Sequence record: MT764206.1
Reading direction: 5' to 3' (one strand)
DNA length: 64,000 nt
Source of the DNA: Escherichia phage JEP6
Shown: positions 39,197-49,841 of the stretch, piece by piece
Layout: every line of letters starts with the position of its first letter
Numbering within the stretch: the stretch's first letter is position 1
Translations under genes and position numbers: made by a program
The notes under the pieces: generated by a model
Told to the model about the DNA's origin: nothing
The model's database searches: none
Seen by the model: only the letters and a program-made list of their open reading frames with translations

Positions 39197-40156
39197 TCAC
39201 TTCCACTGCATTTCGCATGCTAACTGAATGAAAAGATAAGCTAGATGCAATTCAGTATTAGCTGCAATACCATGATACTGATTATTTTCGCCGACAATTT
39301 CGTACATACGAATAATGCTCTGTGGAGTTACACGTGTATAGATTTCTTCGGCAAGTTTACCTACGAACCACGAATAATCAGCTGCATATTTTGGTGCTAA
39401 AGCTCTGAGCTGTTTAACATCTTTATTTTTGAGAGACTCAAGAACATCATCAATAGCACCACGATCGTTAGTAACCAGTGATAAAATACCAGCATCCAAA
39501 ACACCTTTAGATGAATAACTATCGAGCTCGCCAATAGTTTTACGAAAATCAGGAAAATTCTTTTTAACCAAAGCTGCTACAACTTTCATATCAGCTATAG
39601 CAATTCCTTCACGCTTGCAGATTTCAGTCAATCGACGAATCATCTGCTTCATCATTTCAATTTTATCTTCATCGGTCGGTTGACCGAATGTAATAACTCG
39701 GCAGCGTGACTGAAGTGGTTTAATAATACCATCAATATTGTTAGCAGTAATAATAATACTACAGTTTGAACTATAAGCTTCCATAAAGGAACGAAGATGT
39801 CGCTGAGACTCTGCTAACCCTGAACGGTCAAATTCATCAATAACGATTACTTTTTGACGACCATCAAATGAAGCTGCACTAGCAAAATTAGTCAAAGGAC
39901 CACGAACGAAATCAATTTTACAGTCTGATCCATTCACAAACATCATATCAGCATTTACATCATGGCACAATGCTTTTGCTACAGTTGTTTTACCTGTTCC
40001 TGGAGAAGGAGAATGAAGAATAATATGTGGAATCTTACCTTTACTTGTAATAGATTTAAAGGTTTCTTTATCAAAGGCGGGAAGAATACATTCATCGATA
40101 GTAGATGGACGATATTTCTGTTCAAGAATGTGTTCTTTTTCATTTACTGTAATCAT
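39197..40156 (-). CDS. 44: clamp-loader ATPase subunit (AAA+)
   Basis: Start at MITVNEKEH (SD GAGGAAA), 319 aa; Walker A PGTGKT. Confidence 0.9.
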   Translation of the reverse strand: MITVNEKEHILEQKYRPSTIDECILPAFDKETFKSITSKGKIPHIILHSPSPGTGKTTVAKALCHDVNADMMFVNGSDCKIDFVRGPLTNFASAASFDGRQKVIVIDEFDRSGLAESQRHLRSFMEAYSSNCSIIITANNIDGIIKPLQSRCRVITFGQPTDEDKIEMMKQMIRRLTEICKREGIAIADMKVVAALVKKNFPDFRKTIGELDSYSSKGVLDAGILSLVTNDRGAIDDVLESLKNKDVKQLRALAPKYAADYSWFVGKLAEEIYTRVTPQSIIRMYEIVGENNQYHGIAANTELHLAYLFIQLACEMQWK

Positions 40157-40189
40157 AATTTCCTCATTCAAGTTTTAGTGTAAATTTAA

Positions 40190-40201
40190 GGGCCGAAGCC
40201 C
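40190..40201 (-). terminator. GGGCUUCGGCCC hairpin
   Basis: UUCG tetraloop hairpin at gene 45 3' end. Confidence 0.35.
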
Positions 40202-40205
40202 TCTA

Positions 40206-40892
40206 TTAAAAATCGTGGGTAGAATCAGCTTCAAGAGCTACTACATAATTCGCATGTTCACCTTCAAATTTAGCAGCACCTTGTTTACCTTTTGCCCAGA
40301 GCAGAAGTTTATAATTTCCTGGTTGCATTTTCATATTTGCCATATTGATAATGAAATTAAATGTATTTTCACCATCATAATCACCAAGAGTCAAAGAATA
40401 TTTAACACGGGTCAGAGCAGAATCTTCTACTTTATTAAAACCGTTAATTACGATTTTACCTTCTTTTACCGTGATAGCAATTGTATCAATTTGCAGACCA
40501 CGAGATACACGCAACAGTTGTTGAAGGTCTTCAGCTTTAATTTCAGTAACAACAGATGCTACCGGGAATGGAATTGGTTTATTAGGAGCAACTACTGTAC
40601 TCGGATCGGCTGCTGGCCAAAAAATTGTTGAGCGAGCATCAGCAATTTTAATATTACCATCTTCTGACTGGGAAATTTCTGCATCATCATTAACTAAAGA
40701 CAGAATACCGAGAAAACCGTTCAAATCGTAAATTGCTACATCAAAATCAATAACGTCAGAAATATTTGCTTCCGCATAAGTTGTACCATTAACTGCGCGA
40801 GTCATAATAAATTGACCGGATTTAAGCATAATACCGGAGTTAATAGTAGCGAAATTTTTCAAAATATTCAGTGTATCTTTAGACAGTTTCAT
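40206..40892 (-). CDS. 45: sliding clamp
   Basis: 228 aa, T4 gp45 length. Confidence 0.9.
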   Translation of the reverse strand: MKLSKDTLNILKNFATINSGIMLKSGQFIMTRAVNGTTYAEANISDVIDFDVAIYDLNGFLGILSLVNDDAEISQSEDGNIKIADARSTIFWPAADPSTVVAPNKPIPFPVASVVTEIKAEDLQQLLRVSRGLQIDTIAITVKEGKIVINGFNKVEDSALTRVKYSLTLGDYDGENTFNFIINMANMKMQPGNYKLLLWAKGKQGAAKFEGEHANYVVALEADSTHDF

Positions 40893-40921
40893 GTAATTTC
40901 CTTCAATTCAAATGAGATTTA

Positions 40922-40946
40922 ATTTTATAACTAATTTAATAAAGCA
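40922..40946 (-). promoter_or_regulatory. MotA-dependent middle promoter
   Basis: Minus strand TGCTTTA, 12 nt, TAAAAT, about 30 nt upstream of gene 45 ATG. Confidence 0.45.
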
Positions 40947-40947
40947 A

Positions 40948-41337
40948 TTAACGATTAAAATCAGCCGCAATTGTTTCCGCAATAATTTGAGCAGCAACAA
41001 TTAGACGTTCATCTGCATTACCGCAATAATCATCTTCAAGGCGTTCACCACATGAAGTCATAATAAATTTAGCACCAGCGTTTAGAGATTCTGTAGTATG
41101 TTTGCGCATTAGTTCAATCCATTTATTACTTACTTCACGATCGATAGCTTCATAATACGCATGACGAGCAGGTGCAGATTTAATTTTGTTCTGAATAACT
41201 TCCATTGCGTTATCAGAAAGAGACAAAACCCATGCTCGACGAATTTTATTTTGGTTTTGTGGATTTGATTCAGAACGCACGTGTTTTGGCTGAATATCTT
41301 TTACATCAACAGTATAATTCACAGTAATTTTAGTCAT
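40948..41337 (-). CDS. rpbA: RNA polymerase-binding protein RpbA
   Basis: 129 aa. Confidence 0.75.
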   Translation of the reverse strand: MTKITVNYTVDVKDIQPKHVRSESNPQNQNKIRRAWVLSLSDNAMEVIQNKIKSAPARHAYYEAIDREVSNKWIELMRKHTTESLNAGAKFIMTSCGERLEDDYCGNADERLIVAAQIIAETIAADFNR

Positions 41338-41346
41338 AATACACCT

Positions 41347-41535
41347 TTAGTCATAATAATCAGTAACAGTCCAAGCTTCATTTCTATTGGACATTATTTT
41401 TGTATATTCTGATTTAAATGCATTCCTAAGCATAGATTCAGTAACTATATGCTCTTCGTTAGAAAAATTATTTCTCAGAATATATCGTTTTATTTCAGGA
41501 ATAGTTAATAGATGCTGTCCAGTTGAATATTCCAT
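41347..41535 (-). CDS. hypothetical protein
   Basis: 62 aa. Confidence 0.45.
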   Translation of the reverse strand: MEYSTGQHLLTIPEIKRYILRNNFSNEEHIVTESMLRNAFKSEYTKIMSNRNEAWTVTDYYD

Positions 41536-41590
41536 GTTTTTCCTCCATAGAGATTATACTCTAATAAATTAAAGCATAATCTCTTATAAA

Positions 41591-43273
41591 TTAAACCATT
41601 ACAGTAAATCGACCGACTTTCTTCATTTGAAGATGCTGACCATATTCTTGCGGGTCATGGTCTTTATGCGAAATTATAAAAACATTAGTGTTTTTCATTG
41701 AATTTATAATATTAGCTACACCTTTAATACCTTCGGCATCAAATGACCCATCAAACACTTCATCAAGAATTAATGTACTAATACTAACACCAGATACGAT
41801 AGAAGCAATATCACGCCAAGTAAATAAAAGAGCAATATCGATTCGTGCCTTTTCGCCTTCACTAAATGAAGCATAACTAAAATCTTCACGACCACGGGAT
41901 TTAATTGTCTCATTAAATTCTTCATCTAATGTAAACACATAATCCGCTTCCATTATTTTAAGATAATGGTTAATCTGCTTATTAAATAATGGAATGTACT
42001 TTTTAATAATAGCACCTTTAATACCAGAATCTTTGAGCATATCAGTCAAAATTCCTCGGTGGTATTTTTCCATTACTAAATTAGTTTTTGTCTTAACAAT
42101 TTTATCAAGTTCTTCTTGAAGCAGTGCTATTTCATCAGCATGGTCAATAAACTCAGAAGATGCTTTTTCTATAGCCGCTTTAACCTTTTTAGCTTTATCT
42201 ACTGCTGCGATCAGAGATTGCTTTTTATTGCGAATATCATTTGCCAACGACTGTTGGGTTTTAATATTATCTCGGTATTCATCAACAAGAACTTTTAAAT
42301 TATCACGGTGTGTTGAAAGCTGTTCAAACGAATGCGTACATTCAGAAACTTTATCTTTAATTTTAGAAACAACTTTATCACCGGAACTTAATTGTGACAA
42401 ACAGGTTGGACATAATCCACCTTCGTGATACATATTAATGACTTTATTATACGAGTCAATTTTTGATTTAATTAAAACTGCTTCTTGACCGATTTTATTA
42501 AATGCATCAGTCGGGTCTTCATCTAAAACAATATTAACTAATCTTTCGTTAGCTTCTTCTATTTCCGATTTTAGCGTTCTAGCTTCTTTTGCCAAATCAT
42601 CATACATATTTTGAAGACGAGTAAGATTGTCACCAGACAATTTTTTCTGGCGTTCAACATTATCGTTATATATTTTAATTTGTTGGATAATACTATCTTT
42701 TTTAACATCAAGCACTTGGTTTTGTGAGTTTAATTCACGTATTAGTGCTTTATTAAGCTTATCCATTTCAGCTAATGTTCCTACCTCAAGCAGGTCTTCC
42801 ACAAGCTTTCTTCGCGCAGGGGTCGACAAACCCATGAAAGGGGTATACCCTGCTGTACCAAGGACAACAATCTGCTTGAAACTGGCATATGACATTCCGA
42901 TAAGCTGTTCAAATTCTGCTTGGAAATCTTTACTGCTGGCAGATTCATTAAGACGTGTACCGTTAACGGTGATTTCGAAAACGTTTGGTTTTTGTCCTCT
43001 TTTGATATAGTACTTTTTCTCATCATATTCCATCCACAGTTCAACTAAAAGTTCTTTCTTATTTGTGCTGTTTATTAATTGACCTTTCTTTACATCACGA
43101 AATGGCTTGCCAAAAAGCCCAAATGTGATGGCTTCTAGCATAGTAGACTTACCACCGCCATTTCGTCCAGTAATAAGAGTTTTTTGAACCTTATCTAATT
43201 GAATGTCAATCCCATTTTGACCAACTGACATTATATTTTTATATTTTACTCTATTAAGTTTAAAATTCTTCAC
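41591..43273 (-). CDS. 46: recombination nuclease subunit (Rad50/SbcC-like ATPase)
   Basis: 560 aa; Walker A GRNGGGKST, coiled coil, signature/D-loop. Confidence 0.9.
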   Translation of the reverse strand: MKNFKLNRVKYKNIMSVGQNGIDIQLDKVQKTLITGRNGGGKSTMLEAITFGLFGKPFRDVKKGQLINSTNKKELLVELWMEYDEKKYYIKRGQKPNVFEITVNGTRLNESASSKDFQAEFEQLIGMSYASFKQIVVLGTAGYTPFMGLSTPARRKLVEDLLEVGTLAEMDKLNKALIRELNSQNQVLDVKKDSIIQQIKIYNDNVERQKKLSGDNLTRLQNMYDDLAKEARTLKSEIEEANERLVNIVLDEDPTDAFNKIGQEAVLIKSKIDSYNKVINMYHEGGLCPTCLSQLSSGDKVVSKIKDKVSECTHSFEQLSTHRDNLKVLVDEYRDNIKTQQSLANDIRNKKQSLIAAVDKAKKVKAAIEKASSEFIDHADEIALLQEELDKIVKTKTNLVMEKYHRGILTDMLKDSGIKGAIIKKYIPLFNKQINHYLKIMEADYVFTLDEEFNETIKSRGREDFSYASFSEGEKARIDIALLFTWRDIASIVSGVSISTLILDEVFDGSFDAEGIKGVANIINSMKNTNVFIISHKDHDPQEYGQHLQMKKVGRFTVMV

Positions 43274-43533
43274 AAAAGATTCCTTTTAATGTATCTTTTA
43301 GACCATTCTATCATATCATCATAATCTAAAAAGTATTCATCAAATTCAGTCATGCAAACAACACCTTGTGCTGTTTTTGATGTAATATAAATTATTCCAA
43401 CATATCTAGAATCTTCTTCGGTATAATCAATGTTTGCTATGAATTCATCGTTAATGTCAAATGTCGAAAACTTCACAGTATGCATCCTTAATACAAGATA
43501 CAGCCATATCTCGCAATGATTTAGGTGTGTCAT
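43270..43533 (-). CDS. hypothetical protein
   Basis: 87 aa. Confidence 0.45.
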   Translation of the reverse strand: MTHLNHCEIWLYLVLRMHTVKFSTFDINDEFIANIDYTEEDSRYVGIIYITSKTAQGVVCMTEFDEYFLDYDDMIEWSKRYIKRNLL

Positions 43534-43720
43534 TATCTAAAATGTTGAAGTTAAAAGATACAGCCCAGTCAGTGCAGACCGTGACCTTTTTAATACAATT
43601 ATCTTCAACTTCTAGTGGTTCAAACCAATATTCAATAATTTCTTTATGCCCAATATCATCTTTTACTTCGCATTCAAAATGCTGACTCATCATAACATTT
43701 TTAAATTCATCAAAAGTCAT
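43457..43720 (-). CDS. hypothetical protein
   Basis: 87 aa, overlaps neighbours. Confidence 0.45.
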   Translation of the reverse strand: MTFDEFKNVMMSQHFECEVKDDIGHKEIIEYWFEPLEVEDNCIKKVTVCTDWAVSFNFNILDNDTPKSLRDMAVSCIKDAYCEVFDI

Positions 43721-44736
43721 TGTGTTGCCTCTACATATAGCTGATTTGCATATTGAATAAGTGCTTCACGGTCAGAATCAGTGATGTCTGGAATTGCATT
43801 AATATACTCTTCCATTAATGTCTGAAGCGATTGAACTTCAACTTCTTCACTGTCATCTGACTCGACAGAGTTATCAATCTTTGACACAACTCGTAACGAA
43901 TGCACAACTTTTTCTAGTTCAGATTCGAACTTCGTCAGATTTTTGTCTACTTCAGTTACTATAACACGTACTGATAGATTTGTAAAATCTTTATAGTCAA
44001 TTTTTCCTTTAAATGGATAATGAATTCTACGATGCCAGGTAGTATTGTTTGGAATAAATTCCATTCGTTCTGTTTCTGTATCAAACATCCAGAACCCACG
44101 AGGGTCATTCTCGTCACCGGCAGTTAGTGTCCATGGTGTCCCAATATATCTGACGTTAGCAGCCTCAGAGATAGTATGGAAGTGACCAGACCACACCTCT
44201 TTATAAGTCTTAAGGAAATCGGGTTCAAGACCATGAGATTTCATTCCTTTATAAAAATAAAATCCATTCAGTTCCCAGTGACCAACACAAAAAGAAGCAG
44301 ATGAAGTTTTGATGTGCTCAAGAATTTCACCAGTATTTTCTTCGCACATCCAAGGAATTAAATCAATCAAACATCCGTCAAAATCTACTGTAGTAGGCTT
44401 ATCATATACTTTAACATTAGGATATTTAGCCAAAAGCTCAGTAGAGGCATTTGGATGCATTACATTTTTATAGTGGAGATCGTGATTTCCTACAATAGTA
44501 TGTAATGTGATTCCAGCGTCATCAAGCATTTGAACTATTTCACGGGCAAACTCCATAGTTTTGTGTGTGATTGCTTTTCGCACATCAAAAATATCACCAT
44601 ATTGAATCCAGGTAGTAATTCCATTTTTCTTAGAATATTCTATTGCTTGTTTAATTCCATCAATTTGAATACCGCGAATCCACTCATCATCAGCTTTAAC
44701 GCCTAAATGCCAATCACCTAAATTTAAAATTTTCAT
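43717..44736 (-). CDS. 47: recombination nuclease subunit (Mre11/SbcD-like)
   Basis: 339 aa; phosphoesterase motifs DWH, GDIFD, GNHD. Confidence 0.9.
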   Translation of the reverse strand: MKILNLGDWHLGVKADDEWIRGIQIDGIKQAIEYSKKNGITTWIQYGDIFDVRKAITHKTMEFAREIVQMLDDAGITLHTIVGNHDLHYKNVMHPNASTELLAKYPNVKVYDKPTTVDFDGCLIDLIPWMCEENTGEILEHIKTSSASFCVGHWELNGFYFYKGMKSHGLEPDFLKTYKEVWSGHFHTISEAANVRYIGTPWTLTAGDENDPRGFWMFDTETERMEFIPNNTTWHRRIHYPFKGKIDYKDFTNLSVRVIVTEVDKNLTKFESELEKVVHSLRVVSKIDNSVESDDSEEVEVQSLQTLMEEYINAIPDITDSDREALIQYANQLYVEATQ

Positions 44737-44873
44737 ATATCAAGAACCGTCATTGAAATGCAAAATAAAATTATTGAAATAAATCCATCTGGAGTGCTAA
44801 AGAACCCAATCCAACACGCTCTAGTGAATAGATAAAATGCAAGAAAAAGTATCACATATCCAAGAAATATCAT
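44733..44873 (-). CDS. small membrane protein (46 aa)
   Basis: MIFLGYVILFLAFYLF...; SD GGAG; ATGA-coupled to gene 47 start. Confidence 0.4.
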   Translation of the reverse strand: MIFLGYVILFLAFYLFTRACWIGFFSTPDGFISIILFCISMTVLDI

Positions 44874-44899
44874 TATATCAAACTCCGTATAAAGCTAAA

Positions 44900-44911
44900 G
44901 GGCCGAAGCCC
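44900..44911 (-). terminator. GGGCUUCGGCCC hairpin
   Basis: UUCG tetraloop at alpha-gt 3' end. Confidence 0.35.
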
Positions 44912-44912
44912 T

Positions 44913-46115
44913 TTATTTTGTAATAATGTCAAACTGTTCTTTAAAGCAGAAGCTTGAATCTTGGTGCTGATACAAAAATTCATATGCTTTTTCTCGCTCA
45001 CGGTCATAAAGAGCTCGGTCAGATGACAGTTCTTTAATACGCTCGAATGTTGATTCCATGTCATTTTCATCAAACCAAATGATACCACTATCATGCGAGG
45101 TCAAAGGAGTATTATCAACACGGAATTTTAAATTATCACCCGTTGATTTCCAAAATACCGGAATTGTACCGCAAGCACCTAATTCAAGATGAGTATATTC
45201 GAGTGAGCGTTGTAAGTATTTCTGGTTAAGTTTACTCAACTGATATCCAAAGCCAGATTTACTCATTCGTTCAAGCATTTCACTATTAATATAACAATCT
45301 AGGATTTGTGCCGGTTGATTCGGCGTGAGATTCATTTTATCAATCTCACGATTACCATAATATTCATACGGAATACCTTTTTCCTTAATTGCAATAAAAG
45401 CAGGGGAACGTTCAAGACCTTCCATTACAGTGGATTTACCAGCAGGTTTTAAGAATTTTTCGTGAAAATCAAACATCTGATAAAAACCTTTCCATGTAGT
45501 CGTACGACCAATCCAACGGTTGATGTTCATGTTAATTTCAGAAACATCTTTCCAATAAGTTGACCGAACCTTCACAATATCCATAGGAGGCTGAAAATTA
45601 TATACTGTTGGTGCTTCTTCAATATCATCAAACAGAGAAACAGTTTCTGGATACCATTCTTTCATCAGAACTTTATTAAAATCGCCATTATCAGAATGAC
45701 TAAAAATAACATCAGCTCGACGAACAGTTTCTTCTAATCCCAAATTTCGACGCAAAGAAAGCACAGAATGATCATGCTGATAAACTACAACACGAATAGA
45801 AGGTTTAATATTATCTAAAAGTTTTTTATAGTTATTAATCGTAGCTTCTTGAACGGAAGTAGCAGGAACAGAATTAATAATTAGAATATCACAATCATTT
45901 ACCAGCTTAAGTGCTTTATCGTATTCTTTAGCTAAAATAACTGGAATTGAAAATGATTTGTGGTCATGAGAACTTGTACGAGTAAATGATTTATCTTTAG
46001 CATAAACCAAAGTTACTTCATGACCATTTTTAATAAACCAATCACGCTGCTCAAGAGAAAATTTAGTTACACCGCAACCTTCAAGACCCCGAGCCAGAAA
46101 AATGCATACTTTCAT
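44913..46115 (-). CDS. a-gt: alpha-glucosyltransferase (HMC-DNA)
   Basis: 400 aa, close match to T4 alpha-gt. Confidence 0.9.
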   Translation of the reverse strand: MKVCIFLARGLEGCGVTKFSLEQRDWFIKNGHEVTLVYAKDKSFTRTSSHDHKSFSIPVILAKEYDKALKLVNDCDILIINSVPATSVQEATINNYKKLLDNIKPSIRVVVYQHDHSVLSLRRNLGLEETVRRADVIFSHSDNGDFNKVLMKEWYPETVSLFDDIEEAPTVYNFQPPMDIVKVRSTYWKDVSEINMNINRWIGRTTTWKGFYQMFDFHEKFLKPAGKSTVMEGLERSPAFIAIKEKGIPYEYYGNREIDKMNLTPNQPAQILDCYINSEMLERMSKSGFGYQLSKLNQKYLQRSLEYTHLELGACGTIPVFWKSTGDNLKFRVDNTPLTSHDSGIIWFDENDMESTFERIKELSSDRALYDREREKAYEFLYQHQDSSFCFKEQFDIITK

Positions 46116-46166
46116 TTAATATCCTCTTTGTTTTGGTTTATTTTATCAAAAAATTTATAAAGCAAT

Positions 46167-46186
46167 ATAGGAGCCGAAGCTCCTAT
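46167..46186 (-). terminator. hairpin AUAGGAGC-UUCG-GCUCCUAU with U-rich tail
   Basis: 8-bp stem, UUCG loop. Confidence 0.45.
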
Positions 46187-46359
46187 CCGCATAATACGCC
46201 ATACAAAGGCTCGTTAGAGCTTCTAAATTTTTATGCGCTTATATGTTATAGTTCCTTCTGCTTTAGCTTTATCGTAAGACTCTTTAAAGCGTCTCATCAT
46301 TTCTACTTTAGAGGAACGAATTTTATTATAATCTATTTCAGAAGTCTGGTGTTCATCTT

Positions 46360-46566
46360 TCATAACTGCCACCATTTTTTGACTTGATAAGAATCAACCC
46401 ACACTTTCATATTAGGGTCTGCTCTTACAATAGGAGGATTAACTTCTTTAATTGAACTATCATGGTATTCTTTTTCAGAAATTTTCACGCAAAGATGACC
46501 GTTCAAAGATTCAGTAAATCCTGCATTAATTTTAAGACGCTTGAATTTTACGTGTGTAAGCATCAA
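46360..46566 (-). CDS. hypothetical protein
   Basis: 68 aa. Confidence 0.45.
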   Translation of the reverse strand: MMLTHVKFKRLKINAGFTESLNGHLCVKISEKEYHDSSIKEVNPPIVRADPNMKVWVDSYQVKKWWQL

Positions 46567-46849
46567 TCATATCCTCAATCTGCGATCTAGTAGTCTTCCA
46601 AAGAATACTGATGAGTTCATCGTTATATGGCTGTTTTAGAATATCCCGACTTTTCTTGATAGCATATTCGTATTGAGCAAAATTATTATTTTCAGCTGCG
46701 ATCTGAGCGTGCTTATAAAGACGATTCAGTTCGCGTTTGTTTTTAGACAATAACTTATTTGCTTTTCTTTCTGCTTCAAGACGGTTCTTTTCTTCAATAG
46801 AAGAAATAAGCTTTTCCACTTCATCATTAATTTCGGGTTTATCAGTCAT
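46532..46849 (-). CDS. hypothetical protein
   Basis: 105 aa. Confidence 0.5.
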   Translation of the reverse strand: MTDKPEINDEVEKLISSIEEKNRLEAERKANKLLSKNKRELNRLYKHAQIAAENNNFAQYEYAIKKSRDILKQPYNDELISILWKTTRSQIEDMIDAYTRKIQAS

Positions 46850-46850
46850 A

Positions 46851-47069
46851 TTATTTCTCTAATATAAAATAAAAATCATCATCTGTTAAATGATACCGAT
46901 AGTTTAATTCTACACCATTAGATTTAAAAGCGGTATCATACGGATTTTCTGGATCAATATCAATGTCAAGAGCTAAAACTTCCCTGAGATACATTTTAAG
47001 TAAATAGGGAATAGCTTCAACTTCAGGTATTTCTTCCAAGAATCCGGAGAGGTTAATCGTTAGCCTCAT
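46851..47069 (-). CDS. hypothetical protein
   Basis: 72 aa. Confidence 0.5.
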
Positions 47070-47610
47070 ATAAAAAATCCAAACTAGGAGAATCGTCTAC
47101 AACACTTTTCTTTTCAGCCCCTGGTGTTCTATAGGTTGATTCTTCGTAATGCGTCATTTTATCGTAGATGTCTTGAATAAAAGTTTCATCTACTAACGCA
47201 ACCATATCGTCGTCACGACTGTCATAGACATTGTGAACGAAGTAACTATATTTCTTTGCAACTTCCTTACGTTCTTTTTTAATACGTTGGACGAATGCAT
47301 TAAAACAAGCTTGAGTTATATACGCATGTGGGTTTTTATATTTCGTTTCATCAAAATTATGAAGCCCCTTAATAGAAGCTTCTATACCATCTGCAATCAT
47401 TTCTTGTTTCCAAGACTGGGTGTATCCTGAAAAGTTGAAACGTTTAGATAAGCCTTCTGCAATAAGCATAATGGCTAATCCGATAGTATCATTCTGACGA
47501 ACTACTTTATTTGGGTCTTTATTATTTGCTAATTCTGTTTTCCAATCAATAATAGCTTGTAAAAGCTCTTTATTGTTTACGTAATTATATTTAGGCTTAG
47601 TTTCTGACAT
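47053..47610 (-). CDS. 55: late-transcription sigma factor gp55
   Basis: Start at [11 protein letters not shown] (SD AGAGGTG), 185 aa. Confidence 0.9.
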
Positions 47611-47688
47611 TTTCACCTCTTAGCTCAATTCATAGATCTATTATATCATAATATTTGAAGATCTATCTTAAAGCATAGAGGATATCAG

Positions 47689-47958
47689 TTATCTAAGTAA
47701 ACAGTATGCTTGGAATACTTTCTCCATCATCTTTTTAAATTCATGAATATCTATATAATGACTAGTTAAATCAGCATGATATAAAAAGTCTAAAAACTTT
47801 TCATGTGTGCTAACATATTCGCTTTCATTTAATTCAGAAACATGGCTTTCCCAATATCCAACACCAGTCTTATTTGGGAAAAATGAAATTTTCATGTATT
47901 GGTCAACATAGAAAATGCCATAATTTTCAATAGTAATAGAAATATTAATAAATTTCAT
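47689..47958 (-). CDS. hypothetical protein
   Basis: 89 aa. Confidence 0.45.
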   Translation of the reverse strand: MKFINISITIENYGIFYVDQYMKISFFPNKTGVGYWESHVSELNESEYVSTHEKFLDFLYHADLTSHYIDIHEFKKMMEKVFQAYCLLR

Positions 47959-48170
47959 ACATTCATCAACTTAGCCGCTTCAAGAGCTGCATCTAGTGAA
48001 TCAAATTGGTCAACGTATTCAATCAATTCGCCGTAATTAGCGTATAACCACCATTGGCTAAATTCATACTCAAGGATGAATCCGTTTCCTTCAATTTGAG
48101 TTAAACCAATGCCATTTGTATTTACTTCATACCCAGCAAGACGTAAATCGTTAATAAGAGCTTCGTTCAT
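47955..48170 (-). CDS. hypothetical protein
   Basis: 71 aa. Confidence 0.45.
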   Translation of the reverse strand: MNEALINDLRLAGYEVNTNGIGLTQIEGNGFILEYEFSQWWLYANYGELIEYVDQFDSLDAALEAAKLMNV

Positions 48171-48172
48171 AA

Positions 48173-48499
48173 TTATACCTTAGTAATTTTCAGGTCTGCA
48201 AATTTTTTCTTGCGTTGATTTTTCATGCGACGAATAGCTTTATCGGAAATTTCATGCTTTTGATAAGCTTTAGATTCTACACCAAAAGCTTTAACATCAA
48301 ATTCTGACAAGATATATTGAACCAACAATTCACGGACAGTATTGCGTCCAATCTTCTGATCATTCTGTTTCATCATCTGATGAAGCTCTTTTTCCCATTT
48401 ATCCAAAATTTGAGGAGTTACAATATCGCCTTTTTCTAGCAAAGAAACTACTTTATCATATGCGTAAGAATTAATGACGTTTTTAATTTGAATAGTCAT
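48173..48499 (-). CDS. hypothetical protein
   Basis: 108 aa. Confidence 0.5.
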   Translation of the reverse strand: MTIQIKNVINSYAYDKVVSLLEKGDIVTPQILDKWEKELHQMMKQNDQKIGRNTVRELLVQYILSEFDVKAFGVESKAYQKHEISDKAIRRMKNQRKKKFADLKITKV

Positions 48500-48551
48500 A
48501 CATTATCCTCAATTACGTTAAAATTTTATTATCCAAAAAGGGCCGAAGCCC

Positions 48552-48752
48552 TTAGCTAAACTTTTTGGCACCCTTCCAGCCTTCGTACATCATTGCGACT
48601 GACAATGACAAAGCTCCTTCACATGCTGCATACTTATTATTCCAGAACCAATTTAGAAAAACTTCATCCTCAATACCATTGTGTTTCATGTTCTGGAAAA
48701 ATTTGGCGCGTTCTTCACGAAGCTTTTGCGATAATTTAGATTCAGGATTCAT
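48552..48752 (-). CDS. hypothetical protein
   Basis: 66 aa. Confidence 0.45.
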   Translation of the reverse strand: MNPESKLSQKLREERAKFFQNMKHNGIEDEVFLNWFWNNKYAACEGALSLSVAMMYEGWKGAKKFS

Positions 48753-48884
48753 TTAAATTTCCCAATTACCATTTTCATCAATAAATTTAATCCAGTCATT
48801 TACTGACCACTTGGTCGTATCGCCTTTTGGAGTAACATTTAAAGTATATAACCCCTGCTTAAAAAGCATTCGTTTGATATTCAT
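48753..48884 (-). CDS. small protein (43 aa)
   Basis: ATG MNIKRMLFKQ with SD GAGGAAAA; track ORF 48753-48968 starts at TTG and is over-extended. Confidence 0.4.
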   Translation of the reverse strand: MNIKRMLFKQGLYTLNVTPKGDTTKWSVNDWIKFIDENGNWEI

Positions 48885-48891
48885 ATTTTCC

Positions 48892-49185
48892 TCAGCTGTA
48901 ACGATAGCACTCGTTTGATTTACGTTTAGCAACTCGTTGAGAAATATTATAATCAAAATCATCGTCAATGTAAACTGATTTTTTCAACTTTCTTACTTCA
49001 CCACGTAATTGACGATTCAATTCATTCTTAACCTCTGAATCAACACCTCGCATACGTCGCCATTTATCTGAGCGAAAAATGTTTTCAACCATATCTTTAT
49101 GACTTACCCCATCAGGAGCTTTACGCTTTCCGAAATAGTCATAATCACGCACTTTTAAGTCTTTACGACGATACGTTTTACCCAT
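48892..49185 (-). CDS. basic hypothetical protein
   Basis: ATG MGKTYRRKD with SD AGGAAA; track start is GTG. Confidence 0.45.
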   Translation of the reverse strand: MGKTYRRKDLKVRDYDYFGKRKAPDGVSHKDMVENIFRSDKWRRMRGVDSEVKNELNRQLRGEVRKLKKSVYIDDDFDYNISQRVAKRKSNECYRYS

Positions 49186-49360
49186 AGAGTTTAATTTCCT
49201 TAGCAACTGAACTAAATACAGCACGGTCACAAATCATGTGTTTATGTAACTTAAGTATAAGATAATAAACATCATAACCATTTACGTAAGTAACGCGAAC
49301 AGCATTACCATTAATAAGATAATACTGTCCCTTTTTAATTTCTTTATCAATCATAACCAT
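49178..49360 (-). CDS. hypothetical protein
   Basis: 60 aa. Confidence 0.45.
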   Translation of the reverse strand: MVMIDKEIKKGQYYLINGNAVRVTYVNGYDVYYLILKLHKHMICDRAVFSSVAKEIKLYG

Positions 49361-49390
49361 ATCAATTCCTCAAAGGCAATTCATGTGTTA

Positions 49391-49420
49391 ATAATACCAC
49401 GGTTTGAACTTGTTGTAAAC
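49391..49420 (-). promoter_or_regulatory. early promoter (GTTTAC / TGGTATTAT)
   Basis: Family member. Confidence 0.5.
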
Positions 49421-49499
49421 AACTTTGTGAAAATATTTTAGGGAATGATAAGAAAGGAACGATAGCTTAGAATGGTAATATACAGAATGTAAGAAAGAA

Positions 49500-49514
49500 A
49501 GGCCCAGAAGGCCT
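49500..49514 (-). terminator. hairpin GGCCUUCUGGGCC with U-rich tail
   Basis: GC stem at nrdH 3' end. Confidence 0.4.
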
Positions 49515-49517
49515 ATC

Positions 49518-49841
49518 TTAGTCTTCTATGATATCTCTATCATATCCAAGTGAAATGAGGGTTTCTTTGAAGTGTTTAATGTTCTTTTGTCTGGAATCAT
49601 TAATGAAAATGACTGGATAACGAATGTTAAGAGATGTGAATCCGGCGCGTTTAGCAAGAGATACAATCAGTGGACGATCATACTCAATCTTACCATTATT
49701 TGTAAGAACTTTATAGAAAGTAAAAGGAGCACTGAGCTCCTTTAGAAGTTTTGTAACTGATTGACATCCAGGACAACGACCTACTTCATCTGGAATTCCA
49801 TAGACTTCAATCTTATTCTTTAAGTTCGAGTTTTGTTCCAC
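49518..49841 (-). CDS. nrdH: glutaredoxin-like NrdH
   Basis: CPGC redox motif; probable GTG start with SD AAGGA (track ORF over-extended to 49970). Confidence 0.55.
   Translation of the reverse strand: MEQNSNLKNKIEVYGIPDEVGRCPGCQSVTKLLKELSAPFTFYKVLTNNGKIEYDRPLIVSLAKRAGFTSLNIRYPVIFINDSRQKNIKHFKETLISLGYDRDIIED

Noticed and set aside
44873-45094. 73-aa minus-strand ORF overlapping the 3' end of alpha-gt in another frame
   Set aside because: Embedded in the conserved alpha-gt coding region; no SD; alpha-gt frame preferred.
46133-46387. 84-aa plus-strand ORF downstream of alpha-gt
   Set aside because: Overlaps a terminator hairpin and a coupled minus-strand small ORF; no SD.
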